Positions 51,246 to 60,854 of a stretch of 64,000 nucleotides of DNA are shown here, one piece after another. How positions within the stretch are numbered: the stretch's first letter is position 1; each line of letters opens with the position of its first letter. A program made the translations under genes and the position numbers. The DNA is from Planctomycetota bacterium (GTDB lineage: Bacteria > Planctomycetota > UBA8108 > SXIK01), in the NCBI GenBank assembly GCA_965223265.1, contig OZ244999.1, positions 544,001 through 608,000 of the forward strand, in the 5' to 3' direction. The notes below the pieces were generated by a model, which saw only the letters and a list, made by a program, of their open reading frames with translations, did no database searches and was not told the DNA's origin.

Positions 51246-52783
51246 CAGTAGTGTTCGGCACGCTTTGTGCTTCGTCCCCCGGCCGGCTGACACGAACAAG
51301 GCTGCGACTCTTCGCGAGGAATCACAAGGCTGTAAGTCATCGCAGTGATGAGACTTACGAAATCGCTAGAATTTTGAGGAGCTTTGTCGCATCCTATAGC
51401 GCGTTGCGAAACGGCTATGGGAAGCACAGAGATGGCCAGATCCGGTGTTCGTAAGCTCCGGGCAGAGGACATTCAGGGTCGCAAGTATCTGAAGGTCTTC
51501 AACGAGATGCTCGGCAAGTTGAGGCTGCATGCTGATCAGGATGGTGCAGCGGCGAAGAACCGAAAGCTCCATTTTGATCACTACGTCGGTCTCCTGCTTC
51601 TTTACTACTACACGCCCGTGCTGACGAGCTTGCGCTCCATACAGCGCGCCAGCGAGCTGAAGAATGTGCAACGGATGTTGGGCTGCTCACGCGCGGCGCT
51701 GGGCTCGCTGAGCGAAGCTTCTTCCGTCTTCGATCCCGCCGTTCTGCGAGAAGTCATCAGGAATCTGGCCTCGGAAGTAGAAGTTCAGGGTGACGTGTCG
51801 AACAAAGCCCTGGAAGGTCTCACCGCGGTTGACGGGACACTTCTGAAAGCCATCCCTAAGATGACCTGGGCACTGTGGCGTCGTGACGAAAAAAACCGTG
51901 CTGCGAAAGTGCACCTGGTTTTCGACATACTGCGCCAAGCTCCAGCAGACGCTACTCTGACGGATGCGAATGCCTCGGAGAAACAGCAGTTGCGTGGCAT
52001 GTTGGAGAAGGGACGTTTCTACGTTCTCGACGCAGGATATGCGCAGTACAAGCTATTCGCGGACATTATCGATGTAGGTAGCTCGTTCGTCTGTCGTATT
52101 CGTGACGACGCGGCCTGGAAACTGATCGAAACGCGAGAGATAAGCTCGGAAGCAGAGGCTGCGGGAGTTGAGCTGGACGTGGTTGTGCGGATTGGTTGTC
52201 CAAACACTCGAGCTAGAATCAAACGCCCCGTCCGAGTGATCAAGGTTCAGCCACCGTCAATTGACGGAGTGCAGCGTGACCCGATGTTTTTGGCAACCGA
52301 TAGGCTCGATCTTGACGCCGAACTGGTTGCGCTGGCGTATCGTCACCGCTGGTCAGTGGAGCTCTTCTTCAAATGGTTCAAGTGCATTCTGGGCTGTCGT
52401 CAACTCCTGAGTCACAGCGAAAGAGGCCTAACGATTCAGGTTTACATGGGAATCATCGCGAGCCTGCTAATCAGTGTCTGGATCAGGCGAAAGCCGACCA
52501 AAGCCACGCTGGAGATGCTTTGGTTCTACATGTCTGGAATGGCCGATGACGAGGAACTGATCGCGCACGTCGAGCGGTTGCAAAAGCACGCGAAAAGCTG
52601 ACGAAGGGTCCCCCGCAATCCTGTCGGTGACTCGGCGGTTCCCCATCCCTCGAATTGATCGAAACGACTTGATTCGGGCACGCGCATCCCACATCGCTTG
52701 AGCGCAACGGGCAGTCGGACGGAGAATCCTTATGTGTCCAGCCCGTGGCTCCGTAGCAGCAAAATGAGGGCCGAACACTACTG
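51246..52783 (+). mobile_element. IS4-family insertion sequence, 1538 bp
   Basis: 14-bp TIR CAGTAGTGTTCGGC at 51246 and its reverse complement ending at 52783. 9-bp TSD CGAATCCGT at 51237-51245 and 52784-52792. Confidence 0.93.
51417..52601 (+). CDS. IS4-family DDE transposase
   Basis: AVDGT, KVH, VLDAGY, YRHRWSVELFFKWFK (Y-x2-R-x3-E-x6-K signature). Confidence 0.93.
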   Translation: MGSTEMARSGVRKLRAEDIQGRKYLKVFNEMLGKLRLHADQDGAAAKNRKLHFDHYVGLLLLYYYTPVLTSLRSIQRASELKNVQRMLGCSRAALGSLSEASSVFDPAVLREVIRNLASEVEVQGDVSNKALEGLTAVDGTLLKAIPKMTWALWRRDEKNRAAKVHLVFDILRQAPADATLTDANASEKQQLRGMLEKGRFYVLDAGYAQYKLFADIIDVGSSFVCRIRDDAAWKLIETREISSEAEAAGVELDVVVRIGCPNTRARIKRPVRVIKVQPPSIDGVQRDPMFLATDRLDLDAELVALAYRHRWSVELFFKWFKCILGCRQLLSHSERGLTIQVYMGIIASLLISVWIRRKPTKATLEMLWFYMSGMADDEELIAHVERLQKHAKS

Positions 52784-52792
52784 CGAATCCGT

Positions 52793-53001
52793 CCGAGGTT
52801 CATTTTCCCGTCTCGTCGCCGCTTGCTCGGTCACATAGAAAGCAAGATATCGTCACAAATCGACAAAAAAGGCACAGTTATCGCGAAAACGCGGCAGTTC
52901 AACGATACTGTCTGATCCCTGCCTGATCGATCCCTGCCTGATCCTGACCGAGGTTCGTTTGCGCATGCCTGATCTTGATCTGCCTGACCGAGGTTCGTTT
53001 T
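52793..53001 (-). repeat. Minus-oriented repeat copies (AAAACGAACCTCGGTCAGG type), short GATCCCTGCCT duplications, and a duplicated element left-end motif
   Basis: CCGAGGTTCATTTT at 52793, CCTGACCGAGGTTCGTTT at about 52943 and 52983. AGCAAGATATCGTCACAAATCGA at 52841, repeated at 53026. Confidence 0.75.
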
Positions 53002-53228
53002 CTCCCGGTGTGAGGTCAAACAGACAGCAAGATATCGTCACAAATCGAAGAAAAAAGCGCCGATGTCAATTTTGACCGTCCGCATGCGAACAGTTGTAGC
53101 GAGTACGCAACAACTGGGTGATCCATCGAGAGTCGGCACTCTCGACGAGTCCGAGTCCTCACACCGACTTACGTCATATTTGCGTGTCCGTGTGGGAGTG
53201 GAACAGCGTTTGCGTATAGGTTGCGGCG

Positions 53229-54128
53229 ATGACAGCGCCACGACAAATCATCCCCGGCACGACGTAAATGATCACCAGACGCCGCGCGCAGCGTCAGTTC
53301 CTCCTTCGACCTTCGAAGGCGGTGAACCAGGTCGTTCTCTATCTGCTGGCGTACGCTGCAGAACGTTTTTCGATCGACGTTCATGCGTACGTTCTCAGTA
53401 ACCACTATCACCTCGTCGTGACCGATCGGCTTGGCAATCTTCCCGCTTTCATGCAGTTTTTGAACTGCCTAATCGCCCGAGCACTGAACGCCTACTACGG
53501 ACGCTGGGAGAACGTTTGGGCGCCTGGATCTTACAGTGCGGTGACGCTCGTCGGTGAGGAGGACGTCGTGGAGAAGATCGTCTACGTCCTCGCGAACCCA
53601 GTGGCTGCGGGACTAGTTTCGCGCGGCGAGGAGTGGCCGGGGCTGCGTTCGTCGCCGCGGGACTTTGGAACACGCGTTGAAGTCGAACGACCAGCGTTTT
53701 TCTTTCAAAAAGAGGGTGATGCGACGGAGAGCATCGCGCTGAGCATCTCTGCACCGCAGTTTGCTTCTGGACTCTCGGGCGAGGAGCTCGCGCCTCTCGT
53801 CGAAGAAAAACTTCAAACGCGGGAAGCTGAGATCCGCACCGAAACGGCGCGGCGCGGCAAAAAGTTCGCTGGCGTCAAGGCTGTCCGCCGCCAGGACCCG
53901 CTGGGACGCCCTGGCAACGCGGAGCCTCGGCGAAGGCTGAGTCCACGTTTTGCATGCCGCGACAAGCATCGGCGCATCGATACGCTCGTGAAGTACAAGA
54001 CGTTCCTCAGAGAGTATCGCGAGGCCCTGCGGGACTTCTGCGAGGGCCTGCGCGAAGCGCTCTTTCCCCACGGCACCTACTGGATGCGTGTTCACTTCGC
54101 GGCGCGCTGCGCGCCGATGCCGCCGTAG
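53229..54128 (+). pseudogene. RAYT-like / IS200-type HUH (Y1) transposase, copy 1; early nonsense codon
   Basis: SNHYH (HUH) and YVLANPV (catalytic Tyr). Reads MTAPRQIIPGTT then TAA at 53265-53267, where copy 2 has TAC. An ATG follows at 53268, so a shortened protein is possible. Confidence 0.8.
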
Positions 54129-54288
54129 GGCGGTTGGTTCTCGAGGTTGCCAGCGCGTATTCGCTTCATGCCGAGCCCGATCTGCGATCAGCTTGTGTCC
54201 GCCGATTGCCTGAGCTGCATGAGAATCTCCGTCTCCGCCTAGAAACGATTGCCTCTGACGGCGATCCGTCGCGAGGCAGGCGTTCTCG

Positions 54289-54774
54289 TCATTCAGGAGT
54301 GTGTGGTAATTCATCGAGCACCTCGCAAATATCTGAACTAATAGTCGAGATCTTTACGTACTCATCAGCCCGCGTGATTTGAACTCCACCCAGTTCGACA
54401 ATAAACCGTGGCCACGATGGCAGTATTCGTGGAGGAACATCTCGAAAGAGAATGAGCATGTCGTCTTCCGTTCGTGGAACGAGTGGTGACACATCCCCCA
54501 TACCGACATAGACGAAAGGTCGGGGACTTTGTGAGCCGTCAATACGTCGGGTCTCAAGAGATTGGACGTAAGGATCTGTAGTACGTGTCTCGTCTTCGAC
54601 GTAAGCCACGACGTACGGTCGATCTCGCCGTATCCGCCATAGGTTTGAAAGGATAACTGCGTCGATGAGCTGTTCATTTCTTACCGAGTCCGGGAGCAGC
54701 GGAAGCAGAAGGTAATGAATAACGGAATCGTCCTGCCAAGGCGGACAGGCATGTTTTAACAGTGATAGTGACAT
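54289..54774 (-). CDS. Putative immunity protein for the upstream Rhs tip
   Basis: 161-aa ORF 58 nt downstream of the Rhs stop; visibly more AT-rich than core genes. Function inferred from position. Confidence 0.65.
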   Translation of the reverse strand: MSLSLLKHACPPWQDDSVIHYLLLPLLPDSVRNEQLIDAVILSNLWRIRRDRPYVVAYVEDETRTTDPYVQSLETRRIDGSQSPRPFVYVGMGDVSPLVPRTEDDMLILFRDVPPRILPSWPRFIVELGGVQITRADEYVKISTISSDICEVLDELPHTPE

Positions 54775-54832
54775 ATCTCAACCGTTATCGCAGACGGGTC
54801 TCTCGCGTTTCACTTCGCATTGAATTGCGTTC

Positions 54833-56412
54833 TTAAGAACCCGGAATCTTGTCTCCGGGAGAAAATCTTGCGTGACTGAACTGCGTGCCTGGGATGTCTA
54901 CATGGAAGTGAGGCCCCCTGTGAAACTCCGGCGCATTCGCATGATAGGGGTGTTGCTCAAATGTTATTCTCATCCGTCCTTGCGGAGTGGAAACATCCCA
55001 GTCAACTCTTCCGCGGCCTGGCAACGGTTGTCCGGTTTGAGGGTTCATGTCCGGCCGTCGTGTCCCCGGGAATCCCAAAAGCTCGTCGAACTCGTCAGCG
55101 CTGTTTGGAAATCGGAAATCACTCGCCCTCCTAGGGACAGTGTGAAGCACGCCATCCTGAAAATGTAACGCAGCTGGCCGTGATCGAGACAGACAATTTA
55201 GCTTGGCAGCTGCAAGCCTTGCGCCCGCCTTCATGGAGCCACCGGCCCCGGCCAAGTCGTAGGCGAGCTCGGCATAGTACTGACCGGTTTGATCCGCCCC
55301 CATGTCGAGTGCTACCTGCTTAGCCACCTGCCCTCCGATCGTTGGCCCCCCAAGAATTCCAGCTTGGAAAGAATCAGCGCCGTGCCCAATCAAGAACGTG
55401 CCCAAGGCCAGCACACCTAGCCCCGGAGCTGTCCCGACGCCTGTCGTACTCGCTGCCGCTCCGATTCCAAGCAGCGCGCCGCCTAAAGCGACCTCTGCCG
55501 CGCCGCCGACGGCTTGCAAGGCGCGCCCCGCAGCGTTCCACACGTCAAACAACCCCATCGGATCCAGCCCATTGACCGGATTCCCCCCAACATAAGCATA
55601 GGCATTCCCAGCATTGCCGGGATCGCCCCACACGCCTATGGGATCGCGGCTGACGAAGCGGCCGAGTGTGGGGTGGTACTGGCGTAGTCGGAAGTGGTAG
55701 AGCTGGGTCTCGAGGTCGAGGCGGCGGTCGGCGAAGAGGATGTCGTTTTCGTGGCTTGACGCCCCTGAGGGGTTCTGAAACGACGCGTCGAGGAAGGTCA
55801 CTTTGCCGTAGGCGTCGTAGTCGTAGCGCTCGAGCACGGCTCCGCTAGCGTCGAGGAGCGCGGTGACGTTCATGTTGGCGTCTTGCGTGTAGTACTCTGG
55901 GTCGTCGAGCTCGTCGATGTCGCCGTCGGCGTCGGTGTCGCGCACGCGCAGAGCGATCGCGTCGATGTAGACTGGGTGGTAGAGGTACTCTTCCTTCAGC
56001 GTTGTCGACAGCACCGGGTCGGTCGTCGGGTTCGAGCCGCGATCGACGGTGTCTTTGCGCACCTGCACGACTTGCCAGCCGGCGCCGTAGTAGTACTCCC
56101 ACACATCCCAGTTCGTCGTCGCGGACTGTTTGGCGAACTTGCGAGTGCGCCTGCCGAGTCCATCGTAGCGGTACTCCGCGATGACCTCGCCGGCCTGCTT
56201 GACTGCCACCATGCGGTCGAAGGCGTCGAAGACGTACTCGTGCTCGGCGAGAGCCTCACTGCCCGGGATCGGCGCCTTGGTCGCGCTACCGTTGGCATCG
56301 AACTCCGGGTCCTTCCAATTCGAGATCGCCGTCGCACTCGGCGGATCGGAGTGGTCGTTGTCGTCGTCAACCTCGTTGGCGTCGTTGTGCTGGCGCGTCT
56401 GCGTCGTCCAGC
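54833..56412 (-). pseudogene. Rhs toxin, 3' part (Rhs core end plus His-rich C-terminal toxin tip); interrupted by the 56413-60477 element
   Basis: YRYDGLGRR, ERYDYDAYG, RQYHPTLGRFVSRDPIG, NAYAYVGGNPVNGLDPMG (DPxG), Gly/Ala-rich pre-toxin region, tip EQHPYH..HRGPHFH. Confidence 0.9.
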
Positions 56413-56653
56413 TGCTGAGTCCCACAAACTCTGGCTCGTGAGCAGCGACGAGTCTCAGATTCACTGACCCGGAAACGCCCCGGCATACCCCGCCGAACCG
56501 ACCGTCCGATCATACCCCGCCTACCCCGCGCCCCCCGTTCGACGCTGCGCCCTGGACCTTCGCTCGACTCCTCGCCTCACCTCGAGTAAAGAGGGGAGCG
56601 GAGAGACCGGTGTTGGTGCACTTCTCTCCGCAAGTCCCCGTACGGAGAGAGCG

Positions 56654-57322
56654 ATGCTACCCCATTTGGTCAACGCGATACAGAGCTATGGCGAAGCTGT
56701 TCGCCGCCGTGAGATCCAGCCGACCTGTAACCGCTGCCCGAATTGCAGCGGGGAGCCAGATCGGTTCCGCTACCGCGGTCACCGAGAGCGCGTGTTCCTC
56801 GTTATCGTCAGGCGTCTGGTCGAACCTGTCCTGTCGCTTCTGAGTCGCTGGAAGTGTCCTCTGTGTAAGCGCTCCTTCACGCTCTACCCGCCCTTCGCGC
56901 TGCCGGGGAAACGCTACGTTCGCGACTGCGTTTTCGATCACGCTCGGCGCTACCTCCAGATCGACGAGCTTTCGTATCGCGAAGCCGTCAAGGTCGAACA
57001 CATGCCCGTCTTCCACGAGGGTGACGACAGGGGAGCGATCGACGAGCGCAGCCTCGCGCACTCAACACTTCATCGTTGGCTTTCGTTCTTTCGCTCTCTC
57101 AACGCCACGCTCCTGGAGGCTCTCCGCCTCATCCGAGAGCGCTCGGCGAGGTCCGACATCTTCCGCAAGGTCTTCGCCGTCCGTCCAGCCAAGTACCGAA
57201 GCGAATCACGGCGGGACACTCTCGTCGCGGCACTTCGAGCTCTCTCGATCGACCAGGTGTTCCGTTCCCTCTTCGGCCGATCGATCTTCCCCGACTTGGC
57301 AACCTCCGCAGCCTGGGCGTGA
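56654..57322 (+). CDS. Element-encoded Zn-finger protein (DUF6431-like, tentative)
   Basis: CPNC...R.R..RWKCPLC..FTLYPPFALPGKRY, then HTH-like STLHRW. Confidence 0.7.
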   Translation: MLPHLVNAIQSYGEAVRRREIQPTCNRCPNCSGEPDRFRYRGHRERVFLVIVRRLVEPVLSLLSRWKCPLCKRSFTLYPPFALPGKRYVRDCVFDHARRYLQIDELSYREAVKVEHMPVFHEGDDRGAIDERSLAHSTLHRWLSFFRSLNATLLEALRLIRERSARSDIFRKVFAVRPAKYRSESRRDTLVAALRALSIDQVFRSLFGRSIFPDLATSAAWA

Positions 57323-57362
57323 GCGAGAATCACGCCTCGCTCGCCCCATGCGAGGTGTGATC

Positions 57363-58925
57363 ATGAAAGCGAAAGATCTCGATTGGGCTATCTTCTGGGC
57401 GGCTCTTCTCCAGCCCGTCGTCATCGGCGAGGTGCCGGAGGAGGAAGCCGCGCGATTTCTCCGCGAGCTCGCCAAAGAAGAGCGCATCTTTCCCGACGGA
57501 TCGCGACGCAAGCCGGCTCTTTCGACCCTGAGGCGGAAGCTTCGCATCTATCGCGAGGAGGGCTTCGAGGGTCTTGCCCGCAGGCCGCGAAGCGATCGCG
57601 GGAAACCGCGTGCCCACGGCAAAGAGCTCGTCGAGAAAGCCGTCGAGCTGAAGCGTGATCAGCCACTGCGCTCCCACTTCGCCATCAACAAGTTCCTCCA
57701 GGCTCAGCACGGAAAGACCATTCCGCGTTCGACCCTCTTCCGCTACCTCAAGATCGCCGGCGCGACGCGGCTGAAGCTCGGTGTCGAGAGGAGGAAAGTC
57801 CGGAAACGCTGGACTCGTGACTCCACCCATGCCCTCTGGGTCGGCGACTTCGCCGATGGACCCTACGTGCTGCACGACGGCGAAGTCGTCCCCACCTTCC
57901 TCTGTGTTCTCATCGACTGCTACAGCCGCTCGCTCGTCGAGGGGCGCTACTACCTTCGGCAAAATCTCGAGGTCTTGATCGACTGCTTGCTGCGGGCGTG
58001 GGCCAAGCACGGTGCTTCGGACGAGCTCTATGTCGATCAGGCGAAGGTCTATATCTCCAAAGCGCTCAAGGCGGCATGCCTTGCCGTTGTCACCCGGCTC
58101 ATCCATCGCGGCAAGGGCGATCCGCCACCGGGTGGTCTCGTCGAACGACTCATCGAGACGATACAGGGCCAGTTCGAGGCCGAGGTCAGAGCCGGCGAGA
58201 TCCTCACTCTCGACTCGCTCAACGGAAGCTTCGATTCCTGGAAGACCGTGGCCTACCACCGCCAGGTCAACACCGAGACCGGCGAAACACCCGAGGCACG
58301 AGCCGAGGCCGGCCTCAAACGGCCTATCCGACACGTCGACATTCAGCGCGTCACCGAGTTCTTCATGTGCCGCGAGACGCGGCGCGTTCACCCGGACTTC
58401 TCCGACGTCCAGCTCGATCGCCGCTTCTATCGCGTCGACAAGAGTCTGCGCGGTGACAAGGTCGAAGTCCGCTACGATCCCTTCTCCGCGCCCGACACGG
58501 TTCTCATCTACTCCAGCAACGAAGAGTACCTCGGAAAGGGCGTCCTTCACGAGCGCGAAGAGGGCGAGGACGCCGGTGCTCCCGCCCCTCCCGCCAAAGC
58601 GAAGCACAACTATCTGGAGCTTCTTCGCCGTGAGCACGACGAGGAGCTCAAGAAGCGCGCCCAGGGGATCGACTACCGTCGTGTCATCGCCTCTCGCCAG
58701 TGGCCCTTCACCGACTTCGCATGCCTTCTCGGCCGGCTCATGGGGCGCAAGGGCGCCCTCTCGAGCTTCACCGCCGAGGAGCTCGAGGAACTCAAGAAGT
58801 TCTACAACCGTACTCCCAGCCTCACCGAAGTCCTCTTGCTGAGGGCCTTCGAGAAGGCTCCGGAGAAATCCATTCCCTACATCGCCTACGAGCTTCAACG
58901 ACTCGCAGGCAGAAAGGAGGACTGA
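57363..58925 (+). CDS. DDE transposase/integrase (rve core, IS481/Mu-like, Mu-C-terminal-like region)
   Basis: HTH (STLRRKLR..RRPRSDRG), LWVGD, LYVDQ, GLVER, VEVRYDP; GAGGTG RBS. Confidence 0.9.
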   Translation: MKAKDLDWAIFWAALLQPVVIGEVPEEEAARFLRELAKEERIFPDGSRRKPALSTLRRKLRIYREEGFEGLARRPRSDRGKPRAHGKELVEKAVELKRDQPLRSHFAINKFLQAQHGKTIPRSTLFRYLKIAGATRLKLGVERRKVRKRWTRDSTHALWVGDFADGPYVLHDGEVVPTFLCVLIDCYSRSLVEGRYYLRQNLEVLIDCLLRAWAKHGASDELYVDQAKVYISKALKAACLAVVTRLIHRGKGDPPPGGLVERLIETIQGQFEAEVRAGEILTLDSLNGSFDSWKTVAYHRQVNTETGETPEARAEAGLKRPIRHVDIQRVTEFFMCRETRRVHPDFSDVQLDRRFYRVDKSLRGDKVEVRYDPFSAPDTVLIYSSNEEYLGKGVLHEREEGEDAGAPAPPAKAKHNYLELLRREHDEELKKRAQGIDYRRVIASRQWPFTDFACLLGRLMGRKGALSSFTAEELEELKKFYNRTPSLTEVLLLRAFEKAPEKSIPYIAYELQRLAGRKED

Positions 58926-59716
58926 TGTTCACCACCCATTTCAAGATGACGACGCAGCCCTTTCTCGAGCGCGCGCCCGTCGAGCAGATTCTTTCCGACG
59001 AGCGCATCACCCAGGGACTCGCTCGACTGGAGTACCTCGCCAAGTCGGGCTCGATCGGCCTGGTGACCGGACTCACCGGGGTGGGGAAGTCGTCTCTGGT
59101 GAAGCTCTTCGTGCGCTCGCTGAGCCGCAACCTCTACGACCCGATCTATCTCTCGCTGACCTACGTCGGGGCAAACGGCATTCTGAAGCTCCTGGTTTCC
59201 AGCCTCGGCGAGCAGCCCCGCCGTGGCAAGGAGCGGCTCTTCCTCCAGATCCTGGATCGCGTCGGGGCGAACGAGCACACGACAATCCTCGTCATCGATG
59301 AAGCGCACCTGCTTCCTTCGGAGTCGCTCACCGATCTGAGACTTCTGGTCAGCTCCGGACTCGAGGACGGCCCGCCATTGAAGATCCTCCTCAGCGGACA
59401 AGAGACCCTGAGAAAGGAGCTTACCCGAGCGCGCCACGCCGATCTCACGCATCGGCTCAGCGTGCGCTACCACGTGCCGCCGCTCAGCAAGGAGCAGACG
59501 GTCGAGTACATCGACTTTCAGATGCGCGCAGCCGGCGCCTCGCAGAAAGTCTTCGAGCCTGAAGCGAAGTCGCTCATCCACGACTACTCAAGCGGCGTGC
59601 CGCGGCGCATCAACAACATCGCCACCGCCTGCCTCATTCAGGCCGCGAGCAAGAACGTCCAGAAGATCTCCGAGGCGCTCGTCAACGACACCGCCCCCGA
59701 GTTCCATCTGCCCTGA
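58925..59716 (+). CDS. ExeA-like AAA+ ATPase (transposition helper)
   Basis: Walker A GLTGVGKS, Walker B LVIDEAH, LSGQ, SGVPRRIN; TGATG coupling with the transposase. Confidence 0.9.
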   Translation: MFTTHFKMTTQPFLERAPVEQILSDERITQGLARLEYLAKSGSIGLVTGLTGVGKSSLVKLFVRSLSRNLYDPIYLSLTYVGANGILKLLVSSLGEQPRRGKERLFLQILDRVGANEHTTILVIDEAHLLPSESLTDLRLLVSSGLEDGPPLKILLSGQETLRKELTRARHADLTHRLSVRYHVPPLSKEQTVEYIDFQMRAAGASQKVFEPEAKSLIHDYSSGVPRRINNIATACLIQAASKNVQKISEALVNDTAPEFHLP

Positions 59717-59735
59717 GAACGGAGACTGACGCGCC

Positions 59736-60029
59736 ATGTTCCACAAGACCCTGATGCCTCGAGTCAACGACTTCGCCGAGTATCCTGAGCTCGCCGTTTT
59801 GATGACCCTCGCGACGAACCTCGAGATCGCCCTGTTCGCTCTGAACGCCGCGTACCCCGATCTCGACTTCGACTACACGCAACGCTCCTCCTACACCGAG
59901 CAAGACGCCTATCTCGCCGCCTTGGGCGCTCAGCTGCGAGCGCTCCAGATCGTCCTCGAAGAGTATCTCGAGAGCCTGCAACGAATCCGATATTTGAAGG
60001 CGCCGAGCGGTGGAGGTGGCGTCGCATGA
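59736..60029 (+). CDS. Element-encoded small helical hypothetical protein
   Basis: 97-aa ORF, GGAG RBS, ATGA overlap with the next gene. Confidence 0.65.
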   Translation: MFHKTLMPRVNDFAEYPELAVLMTLATNLEIALFALNAAYPDLDFDYTQRSSYTEQDAYLAALGAQLRALQIVLEEYLESLQRIRYLKAPSGGGGVA

Positions 60030-60343
60030 CAGGACGATTCTCCGGCAAGCTCCTGCGGTCGTTGAGAAACGATATACCGATCGCGTGGCTCCTCGATCTG
60101 CTCGGCGTCCCCGCGAAAATCTCCGAGGGCTACGTGCGCTTCCTCTGTCCGCGGTGTCGCGAATTCAACACCGCGACGAAGGCGTCCACCAACCTCGCGC
60201 GTTGCTTTCGCTGCGAGACGAACTTCAACCCGATCGACCTGGTCATGATCGTCAAGCGGCTGAATTTCGTCGACGCCGTCGAGTTCCTCGCCGAGCTCCG
60301 CGATCGTCGCGGTGACGCTCGCGCCACGCCTCGCCCTTCGTGA
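60026..60343 (+). CDS. CHC2/primase-type zinc-finger protein
   Basis: FLCPRC...ARCFRC..NFNPIDLVM...LNFVDAVEFL resembles the DnaG zinc-binding domain. Confidence 0.75.
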   Translation: MTGRFSGKLLRSLRNDIPIAWLLDLLGVPAKISEGYVRFLCPRCREFNTATKASTNLARCFRCETNFNPIDLVMIVKRLNFVDAVEFLAELRDRRGDARATPRPS

Positions 60344-60348
60344 TTCCC

Positions 60349-60382
60349 CGGGTCGTCGTGCCGTCCGGGACACGACGACCCG
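60349..60382 (+). terminator. GC-rich hairpin after the last gene of the element
   Basis: CGGGTCGTCGTG-10 nt-CACGACGACCCG perfect 12-bp stem; no clear U-tract. Confidence 0.4.
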
Positions 60383-60477
60383 CGCCTTCTCGCCTCGCAA
60401 ATCGCATCTCGCACCCGCGAATCAGCACCATGCCATTTAATCTGGGATTTCCGCGCCAGATACTGTGGGACTTAGCA

Positions 60478-60676
60478 TCCAGCTTTGGCCGTTGTTGGTC
60501 GAGGTCTTGAACTCGGTCCAGTTGCCGAGCTCATCGAACGTCCACTCGGCCTTGTAGGTGGCGTTGGTGATCGACGGCCCGCCGCCGGTCAACTTGCCGC
60601 GGTCGAATTCGGTGAGGCGATAAAGACCGTCGTAGGCATACTCCTGGTCGCGGTCGAGGTTCGCCGTGCCGGGATC
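60478..60676 (-). pseudogene. Rhs toxin, 5' fragment (continues in frame into 56412 once the element and one TSD copy are removed)
   Basis: Minus frame DPGTANLDRDQEYAYDGLYRLTEFDRGKL...EWTFDELGNWTEFKTSTNNGQSW joins TTQTRQHNDANEV. The 5' end abuts the repeat array at 60677. Confidence 0.85.
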
Positions 60677-60785
60677 AAAAACGACCCTGGGACGGGGTTT
60701 TCGTCCGCGAAAATGACCCTGGGACGGGGTTTCCGGGTTACCGGGACGGGTTTTCCGAGGTTTTAAAAACGACCCTGGGACGGGA
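60677..60785 (+). repeat. Array of AAAA(C/T)GACCCTGGGACGGG repeats (3 full, 1 partial)
   Basis: Copies at 60677, 60710 and 60765, partial CGGGACGGGTTTTCC near 60742. Confidence 0.9.
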
Positions 60786-60854
60786 TTTCCTCGTCGTGCT
60801 GCGATCGAAAGACTTCAACTTGAACACGCGCGCTATCAAAGATGGGACGGGACT

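Larger units (their letters stand above)
56413..60477 (+). mobile_element. Five-gene transposable element (DDE transposase plus ExeA-like AAA ATPase), 4065 bp
   Basis: TG...CA ends. Left TIR TGCTGAGTCCCACAAACTCTGGC versus right (reverse complement) TGCTAAGTCCCACAGTATCTGGC. 6-bp TSD TCCAGC at 56407-56412 and 60478-60483. Excision restores the Rhs frame. Confidence 0.93.

Noticed and set aside
56413-56464. Apparent Rhs start MNLRLVAAHEPEFVGLS
   Set aside because: These codons lie inside the inserted element's left end. The true upstream Rhs sequence is at 60478-60676.
57330-58898. 522-aa minus-strand ORF
   Set aside because: Antisense shadow of the GC3-rich transposase gene. The same applies to most of the short overlapping ORFs in the track.
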